Of a stretch of DNA of 64,000 nt, positions 55,358 to 64,000 are shown piece by piece. The number at the start of each line of letters is the position of its first letter. Positions within the stretch are counted from its first letter, which is position 1. Below the pieces are notes generated by a model, which did no database searches, had not been told where the DNA came from, and saw nothing but the letters and a program-made list of their open reading frames with translations. The translations under genes were made by a program, and so were the position numbers. Source of the stretch: Eledone cirrhosa (lineage: Eukaryota); assembly GCA_964016885.1 (NCBI GenBank), contig OZ024740.1:124558001-124622000 (forward strand), read 5' to 3'.

Positions 55358-55700
55358 GGAGGCACATGGCTTAGTGGTTAGAGCATTGGCCTTGCAATCG
55401 AAAGGTTGTGAGTTCAATTCTCAGACCGGGTGATGTGTTGTTTCCTTGAGCAAGACACTTTATTTCACATTGCTCCAGTTTACTCAGCTGTAGAAATGAG
55501 ATGATAGGGACTGGGGTCCATATCATTCCACTGCAAAGTGGTTGTGGAGGTGCCACGGCAAAAAAAGCACCCAGCACTCACTGTAAATGAGGTTGGTGTT
55601 AGGAAGGGCATCCAGCTGTAGAAATCAAGCCAGAATCAGTTCCCGTCCCACCATTGCAAGCAGGGAAAAGCGGACATAAAATGAAATGATGATGATGATG
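55358..55700 (+). mobile_element. SINE family 2
   Basis: Matches the other family-2 copies. Confidence 0.92.
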
Positions 55701-56400
55701 ATATATATATATATATTTGTAGACAACTATAAATAGAGAAGTAGACTGATGATAATGAATGAGAGGGAAAGAGAAGTGGAATGAATAAGAAAGATAAATG
55801 AAAATACATGGTTTCATAATCTTATATTTACATATGTGTGTGTGTTTGCACATGTGTTTTATTCGAATACTTTTGAAGTTCAGTATAATCCAATATAATA
55901 TTTTTTAAATTTACATATGTTTAGTTATTTCATGTGCTTTAGTAGGCTTAACAAAAGCATTATATTGGATTACAGTATGATATCCTCTTAAATGTATTAT
56001 CTTTTCACTATTGTTGCTCTAAAATCTATTTCATATCTAATAGGTGATACAATCTATTGTATTTTCCTTCCTTTCTAAGTGTACTGTATAAATTTTAAAT
56101 TATTTGGTTGCTTTAATATTCAATATTGTCTAATATCAATGAATAAACATTGGATTAGAAGCTTATTTATCATTTTGGTAAATACAAGATGAAGTTATGG
56201 CTGAATTGTTTTACAAATTTTCTTGGCAATCATATAGGTTCTGGATTGATCTTAGTGGTTGGCACCTCGGGAAAGAATCTTCTACTATATATATTTTGTG
56301 AGTGAATGCAGTAGACTAGACTGAATCTGAACAGAAGCCTGTTGTATGTGTGTACATACATAATACATAGTATATCTATCTATATATCCATCTTCCTCTG

Positions 56401-56475
<75 letters not shown>

Positions 56476-56849
56476 TAGGTGGTTCAGTGAATTACTGGTG
56501 TTGGTACAAAATCATGCACTCTATGCAGAGTAAAAATGTATATTTGTTGTGGTATGTGAGATGAAAAGGTATATATATAAGCATCGGCCCTATTTTTTTG
56601 TGCCTGGGTGTATGTGGGTATTATGGTGTAAGTGATGGGCAGCTATATGGGGGTGTTTTCACAGATGTTCATGTGCGTGTTTGTGTATGTGTGCAAGTAT
56701 GTAAAGATTCATGTGTATGTGTAGGTTTGCATGTGGGCACGCATTGGAGTGTGTTTGGACATACAAAAAACTGGCTTTGGTGTAAACAGGAAGCTGAAAG
56801 GGAGGGTGACCATATTGGTGGGATTGTGTGGGGTGTGTCACGCTTGGAC

Positions 56850-57904
56850 GACCCAGTAGTAGTTCATCATATCATTAATCAAGTTAACTTGAACCATATC
56901 CTAATGGGAGACTTCAATGCACATGTTGGCACTGATCACCTGACATGTAAAGGAGTGATTGGAAGCAATGGCATCTCCTGTCTAAATATAATGGAGAGGC
57001 CTTACTAGAGTTCTCTTCTAGCAATGGACTCTTTATTATGAACACTTTCTTCCAGATCAGTGACATTCATAAATAGACATAGTATAGGGGAATAAGAGAT
57101 CAATAATTGATTTTGTTATTGTCTCTGATCTCATTGACTCTGGGCTGGATGTTCATGTTAAGAGAGGGACTGAGCTGTCAATTGATCACCATATCGTTTT
57201 CTGCAGCTTGAGACACACTAAAGCAAAAGAAGCTGACATCTCCAGGGTGACCTAGAGTATAACGTGGGAAGCATAAGAGGATAAGGAAGTCAGGACCAGG
57301 TATGCAACTACTATTGATTCCAAATTCAGAGAACACCCTGAATAAATTGAGGATGTTGAGACAGAGTGGTGATTGGTCAGCACAGAGGTTTCTGAGACTC
57401 TACTGTGAGAAGGGTTGGGCATGGCCAACTGGCCTGTCTGAACTCACTGATAACAGTGCCATCCAGTTCCAGGCTCCCAAACTATGGTTCCACTGTTAGA
57501 AGGGTCTGGTGTGGCCAACTGGCCTTTACCTCCTCATAGCAGTGCCATTCTGTTCCAATCTGCAAATGCAGTTGCGGCTCCCAAACTATAGTTCCACTTT
57601 TAGAAGGGTTCAGCATGGCCAACTGGCCTGTACCCTCTCATGGCAGTGCCATCCATTTCCAGGCTCCCAAACTGAGGTTCTGCCGTGAGAAAGGTTTGGC
57701 TCAGTCAACTGGACTGTCCCTCCTCATAACAGTGCCATCCAGATCCTGACTGCAATTGTGGTTGGTGTTAAAACCCCAGCCAAATTTACAGGCCCATCAG
57801 AGCAAGGTACAACGTGGCTAATTCTGGCCAGACTTGTCTTTCAACATGTACGAGCTGTCTAACCCATGCAAGCATGGGAAATGAATATTAAATAGTGATG
57901 ATGA

Positions 57905-57910
<6 letters not shown>
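56850..57910 (+). mobile_element. Internally deleted RTE-like element: APE remnant, minisatellite, (GAT)n tail
   Basis: ILMGDFNAHVG, NTFF, IDFV, DH motifs; tail cccatgcaagcatgg..gatgatgat. Confidence 0.7.
57404..57745 (+). repeat. Four degenerate ~85-105-bp tandem units
   Basis: gaagggt..ggccaactggcc..cagtgccat..ggctcccaaact repeated. Confidence 0.9.
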
Positions 57911-57946
<36 letters not shown>

Positions 57947-58339
57947 CCACTAAGCCATGTGCCTCCTATATATATATTTTTATTTTTATATTTTTATATT
58001 TATTTATTTTTTTTTATTTTTACTTCACATCCACCAATAACCCCCCCACCCTTTATTCTCCGATTCACTTACCTAATATTTTCACTTTCCATTTTTTACT
58101 TCCCTATTTCCTTCACTAACTGATTACACATGTCGTTTGTGTTTTCCACTCCAGATATATTTTTCATTTTTATTTTTATTTTTTTATTTTTGCGCAGCCA
58201 ATCTTACAATTTTATATTTGTACTTACATATCCACAAGTTTTTTACACTCTGTATCAATGTGGCTGAACGCCTTAATGTGTGTATACTTTCTATAAATGT
58301 ACATGAGCGATTACGTATGTACGCGCGCGTGCGTGTATG

Positions 58340-58414
<75 letters not shown>

Positions 58415-59132
58415 GTATGTATGTGTATATATATATGTATGCGTATGTGTATGTGTCTTTATATCCGTGTTTTTACATCTAGGTTTTATGTTTTGTTCCT
58501 TTTTTCTTCTTCCCCCTTTTTTTACTTACTCATTTTTATGCGTGTGCATGCAAACAGGTCAATATGCGTGAGTGTAAGTATGTGTGTGTGTGTGTGTGTG
58601 TGTACGTATCGAACGTATGGATGTGTAAGTGTGCGTGTGTATATAAGCATGTATATTTTTGCGTTTCTTTTGTGAGATATACGTGTGTGTGTATGTATGT
58701 ACCTTTTTTGTCTTCTTTTCTTTAATTTTTTCTTTCTAAATTATTGTTCCATTTTTATAAATATATCGAGATTGATACTTTCCTTTAATTATTACACTCC
58801 CTTACCTCTTTTACTTCCGCATCTAAGTGTACGTGTGTGTAGGTGTGTTTATGCGCGCGCCTTCATATTCTTATGATGTATCTATTCTGTCTGTAGATTA
58901 CAGACATACAGATACATTTGCCCTAAATTACATATTTACACACACTTTTTCACTATACGTATACATATGTGCATACACATATATGCACACCTGTGAGCGT
59001 ATATACATACATATACACACACCTAACTATGTTTCTTGAAAGATTATTATATATTTCATATTCTAATTCATTTGTCTATATCTTTTTTTTTTTTTTTTTA
59101 TGAGACTTTCCAAGTATTTACCCATGTTTTAT

Positions 59133-59210
59133 ATTGCCTCGTCTGACGAACGAATAAAGACGTTTCTTTCGTATTCGCCTCATTCGGGAAACCTCTGGTA
59201 ATGAGGTAAT
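59133..59210 (+). ncRNA. Type I hammerhead with canonical core
   Basis: attgcctcgt CTGACGA acgaat..attcgg GAAA cc-tct-gG TA atgaggtaat; 10-bp stem I; GUA site. Confidence 0.85.
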
Positions 59211-59224
59211 TATATTGTATTGAT

Positions 59225-59260
<36 letters not shown>

Positions 59261-59286
59261 ATCAATACAATATAATTACCTCATTA

Positions 59287-59320
<34 letters not shown>

Positions 59321-59339
59321 GATGTATGTATACATAAAT

Positions 59340-59632
59340 CATCATCATTTTACGCTCGCTTTTCCCTGCTTACAAGGGTGGGACAGGAACTGATTCTGGC
59401 TTGATTTCTACAGCTGGAAGCCCTTCCTAACACCAACCTCATTTACAGTGAGTTATTCCGTGTCACCTACACGACCACTTTGCATCATTTCATTTCTACA
59501 GCTGAGTAAACTGGAGCAATATGAAATAAAGTGTCTTGCTTAAGGAAACAACACATCACCCGGTCTGAGAATTGAACTCACAACCTATCGATTGCTAGGC
59601 CAATGCTCTAATCACTAAGCTATGTGCCTCCA
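59340..59632 (-). mobile_element. SINE family 2 (internally deleted)
   Basis: Matches the other family-2 copies. Confidence 0.88.
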
Positions 59633-59640
59633 TTATTATA

Positions 59641-60305
59641 TGTATACAGACGCACAATAGTATGTATATATATATACATACATGCACAGATATATATATG
59701 CACCTATCGGATTACCGAACATTTATTATAATGCTCGGTTTGTTTGTAAACAAACAAACAGCCCGAATTACGCCGTACTGTGTTTAGGCAACCACGTCAC
59801 CTTTTTTGTTCAACACTGACACAGGAACGATGTATTAGTTTCAAGCTTATTAGCTATTGTCAGCATCGTATACCTTCCTGCCAGATGGTTGAACATCTGA
59901 GAGTATATACTTTCCTTATGCATATTAACGGCTGAGCAGCCTAATTTGCATATCGAGTGAGTTTAGTCGGCCGGGCGCACCGAAAACAATAAATGGAATA
60001 GAATGAAACGAAATTTCATTTCTCACTCCTAGTACGGCAGTTACTTAAATGTAAGTATGTATGTATATGTACATACATATATGTGTCAGTGTTGAACAAA
60101 AAGGTGACGTGGTTGCCTAAAAACACTGTACGGCGTAATTCGGGCTGTTTGTTTGTTTACAAACAAACCGAGCATTATAATAAATGTTCGGTAAACCGAT
60201 ACGTGCATATATATATGTGTGCATGTATATATATATATTTATACATACTACTGTGCGTCTGTATACATATATGTATGTACGTATACATACATACATACTT
60301 ACATA
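59641..60305. mobile_element. Retrozyme/pLTR-like element: ~440-nt monomer (-) plus inverted partial copy; degenerate HHR at 59827-59869 (-)
   Basis: 59641-59823 is inverted relative to 60082-60268; reverse complement acgatg CTGACAA tagct-aata-agctt GAAA ctaa TA catcgt. Confidence 0.8.
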
Positions 60306-60919
60306 TAAATATATATATATATATATTTATTTATGTGTGTATCATCGCCTCCCCCTGCAAATGTGGTGTGTTTGTATGTTTTTAACTGCGCATGTAATTT
60401 TTGTATGAGTTTTGATAGATTGGGATGAGGGTTGGCATTAGAAAAGGCATTCAAACATAGAATTCTGCAACTGATCTTATGCAACACATGCTAGCATGGA
60501 AAATTAATATAAAAAATGATAATTATGTATTGCAAAATATTGTATAGTCTAATATAACATATTAAATTCTATTTACTTTAGAGTTATTTTTAAATTTTGA
60601 CCATACTTGTAAAATTATGTGCTACTTATGATGTTTAATAAGGTAGAAACATATCTAGAATTGCTGTGCGTATGCTAAATATGTGATTACTCTTTACAAC
60701 ATTCTGTGTTTAACTCTGTGTGTAACAGTTTCAGGGGAAATATTTAAAAATGGGTTTGTTTTGTCTATAGTATCTTTATTAGTTGACAGATTCTGATGAA
60801 AAATTGTAGTAAGCTAAACTAAAGAACTTTTATTTTTAATGTGATGCTGTAATTATGCTGTTTTGTACTTTTCAAGAATTCATTGATAATGTGGTTTCAT
60901 GTGGTAAAGAATATTTGAT

Positions 60920-61125
60920 TCTTCTTCTGGCTCAAGGCCAGCAATATGATGGGTAAAGGAAGTTGATTAAATCGATCTCCAGTGATATTGGTACTTTATT
61001 TAATTAACCTTGTAAGGATAAAAAACAAAGCTAATATTGGCAAGGTTTGAATTCAGAATATAAAGGGCTGTAACTAAATGCTGCAAATCATTTTGTTAGA
61101 TGCTTTACTGACTCTGCCAATGCAC
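60920..61125 (-). mobile_element. Old SINE family 1
   Basis: Diverged match to family 1. Confidence 0.65.
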
Positions 61126-61544
61126 TACATTTGGTACAGAATATTAAGAATTAATCAATTCAAACTCTGTGGTTTTCTTCTTTATTTTTCTTAACAAACA
61201 AATACTGTGAGCTAGGCTGACATAAACATCATAGTAGCACCCCAAGTAGAAAAAACGAAATGAGAATATATGTAAATAATATAAGGGTGATGGTAACAGC
61301 TGTACATGGAGGCAGTCTGTCACCTTTGTACCAGAATGTCTGTGGTTATTTTAGTTTTTAATTATTAATTTCAATTTCTTGTTATTTATTGGTAAAATGC
61401 ACAATGATTTAATAGAACAGTGTGTGTGGTGGGAGTTGATTTTCTATGTGGCTGTAACTTGTTTTTTAAGATATATCGTGTGGCCCTCGTAGTTTTGTTT
61501 TAATTTAATTCATAAGATAATTATGTATGTGTGTGTGTGTGAGT

Positions 61545-61810
61545 ATATGTTCTGAAAGTACAGTAGCCAAAGTGAGAACAGAATAGAAGAAGTTCAGGGA
61601 GCTACTACCACTGCTAGCTACAAAAGGCTTTTCCTTCAAAATGAAAGGTAGTCTGTATGACACATGTATATGAGCAGCAATGTTGTATAGTAGTAGATTG
61701 GAAAGAAATGAAGCTTGCATGTTTCAATTGATTTTAATAGTAATTTGCATGAATAGCAAATCATATACGAACTGAGACAGAAACTAGGCATAAAACATCA
61801 TCAGATGTGC
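61545..61810 (+). mobile_element. RTE fragment
   Basis: KFRELLPLLATKGFSFKMKG. Confidence 0.8.
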
Positions 61811-62620
61811 GAGTGAGTACTAAGTGTATATGGGTAAACCATAGAAATATGAGGTTGTTATTTTTTAGCACCAGGTAACCCATGACCATGACAACCTATA
61901 AACAAAGATGTTCCAATCTATGCCAGAATGAAAATAACAGATATAATATTATGATGTTTTTCCAATAAGGTAGGACTTGAAGGAAATTTCAGTGCTATAT
62001 CTAGCTATATCATTTGACTACATGGACATTCCCATGCTGGCTAAAGAAATAGTTTTTGTTTGTGACTTGTTATGGTGGTAATATTTGCTTCCATCACTGT
62101 CCTTTAGCATATATAATATATGTACCCTCGTTTTCAGAAGAGGAACATCATTTCCAAGCTTAGCACCTGGGTAGCTGGCACCTTAAGCCACCTCTACTAT
62201 GTATCCTCGCCACACATCACCCAATTATGGACCTTATTCTGTGAAATAGAAAATAAGCAGCAAAGGTGTTCCCTGTTTTATTTATTGATGCAGGAGTATG
62301 TTCATCATATTCAACATCATAAAAAATACCACCACTACTATCATCATCATCATAACTATAGTAATTGCAGTCATCCTCAATATCATTGTTATATATATAA
62401 TAATGTTCAAAATGAAGTAAAAAACAAAAGCACAAACAACATTGATGTAACCACAATTTTTGTATTTATAGCAGATACCATTTTACCACCTCTTAAAATG
62501 TTCACATTCAAAGTCAATATTATTTTTTATTATTATTGTTGTTATTCCTTGAATCTCAGTCATTGATGTTGGTTAACTGGAAAGTCCGTTGGATTGAATA
62601 TCAAGCCACTACCTGCAGCC

Positions 62621-64000
62621 TCAGATATTCAGGACGTATCGGAGGGTTCTTGCTGTTCCAAGCAAGCATGCCTTTTGAAGCGTTCCAAAAAGCGTGAAGG
62701 GGCCGATTTTCTTTAACCATCCCTGGAAACTTTTGGAGATAGTCCCCAGTGCGCCTATGACAATCGGGATCACTTTGACTTCATGGCAGTTCCAGATCCT
62801 TTTCACCTCCCACTTTAGGTCCTGGTATCGGTTAATTTTCTCCCTCTCCTTCTCTTGCACTCTCGTGTCGAACGGGCAGGCCACATCCACAATCAGACAC
62901 GATCTTTTTTCTTTGTCCACAACCACCAGGTCAGGTCTATTGTGTTCCAGTTTTTTGTCCGTCTGTATCCTAAAATCCCACAGCACCTTCACCTGATTGT
63001 TCTCCATCACCGCCTCTGGCCTATGCTCATACCATTTCTCAGAATGTGGTAAATTGTTTACTTTGCACAGGTGCCAGTGGATCACCCTGCCCATCACATC
63101 GTGTCTCCAGCCCTTATAGTGGGTCTGGGCTAGGTGTTTACACTCGGACACAATGTGAGCCACAGTCTCCTCTCTCTCTCCACAGATCCTGCACAGTGGG
63201 CTAGCCTCCTCCTTGTAGATATGGTGCTTCAACCACTTCGTTTTGAGGGCCTGCTCCTGCGCAGCCATTAGCATTCCTTCTGTAGCCTTTTTGAGGTCTC
63301 CTCTTCTCAACCAGTTCCATGTCTGTGGATCTCTAAATTCAGTTTTCTCAAAGAAGGTACTATGAAGGGATTTTCCCTTAAGGCTGCTCTTCCTCCTTGA
63401 TGTTATTTCCTCCTTGGACATCCCCTGGCCTACTGTCCCCTCCTTCAGTACAGTTCTGAGCATTGGCTCCTTACTATAGGTCACGTATTTGTATAGGTTG
63501 TTTTTCTCCATCTGAACACAGTCCTCTATGCTGATAAGACCTCTTCCACCCTCAGATCTCCTTAGGTAGAGTCTATCGACATCACTCCTCTTGTGGAACA
63601 TGTTGTAGATAGTCAATAGCTTCCTAGTCTTCCTATCCATTTCTTTTTGTTCAGCAACATTCCATCTCAGAATTCCCGCACTGTACCTATTAATAGACAC
63701 AGCTCGGGAATTTACTGCGCTTATGGCATTTCTGCTGTTCAGATGTGACTTCAATACGCTCCTTACTCTCCGAATGTATTCAGTTCTTAACAATTCCTTC
63801 ATTTTTTTGTTCTTTATGCCATCAGCCTCCAGAACGCCCAAATACTTGTATCCTTCCTCAGAGTCAATTTCCTTTATCATCTCACCTGTTGGTATCTGGA
63901 TCCCGTTACTTCTGCTCAACCTACCCCTCCTCATCACAATGACTCCACATTTACTAATACCAAACTGCATACATATATCACTGCTGAAAATACGGACAGT
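62621..64000 (-). CDS. R4/Dong-type non-LTR retrotransposon ORF C-terminal part (RT thumb, CCHC, RLE); continues past the window edge
   Basis: Uninterrupted 449 aa: YKYLG, GGRGL, PLCRICGEREETVAHIVSEC, RHD, NRPDLVVVD, EKINRY; short 3' UTR ending in (AAT)n at ~62530. Confidence 0.92.
   Translation of the reverse strand, partial: TVRIFSSDICMQFGISKCGVIVMRRGRLSRSNGIQIPTGEMIKEIDSEEGYKYLGVLEADGIKNKKMKELLRTEYIRRVRSVLKSHLNSRNAISAVNSRAVSINRYSAGILRWNVAEQKEMDRKTRKLLTIYNMFHKRSDVDRLYLRRSEGGRGLISIEDCVQMEKNNLYKYVTYSKEPMLRTVLKEGTVGQGMSKEEITSRRKSSLKGKSLHSTFFEKTEFRDPQTWNWLRRGDLKKATEGMLMAAQEQALKTKWLKHHIYKEEASPLCRICGEREETVAHIVSECKHLAQTHYKGWRHDVMGRVIHWHLCKVNNLPHSEKWYEHRPEAVMENNQVKVLWDFRIQTDKKLEHNRPDLVVVDKEKRSCLIVDVACPFDTRVQEKEREKINRYQDLKWEVKRIWNCHEVKVIPIVIGALGTISKSFQGWLKKIGPFTLFGTLQKACLLGTARTLRYVLNI

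Noticed and set aside
57404-57745. CRISPR-like array
   Set aside because: Eukaryotic context, whole units are homologous with no unique spacers, and no cas genes

Overview
Eukaryotic, AT-rich, microsatellite-dense genomic DNA. It is most likely from a cephalopod (Octopus-like), inferred from the SINE/RTE repertoire. No host protein-coding gene can be confidently called. The window is a retroelement graveyard with many RTE LINE copies, two R4/Dong-type (RLE) LINEs, a Tx1/L1 LINE, CRE, CR1 and Hero/NeSL-like fragments, and two tRNA-derived SINE families. It also has one near-complete Penelope-like element (RT + GIY-YIG, Naiad-type motifs) and a second, decayed one. The most striking signal is invisible in the ORF track: about 15 type-I hammerhead ribozyme (HHR) motifs or remnants from several unrelated pseudo-LTR/retrozyme-like families, most of them in fold-back (inverted) structures embedded in (TA)n. 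Several carry a compensatory U3-A8 core (UUGAUAA). Two have been converted into near-perfect hairpins, and one family shows a circularly permuted ~440-nt monomer. All structures were folded by eye; no database search was run.
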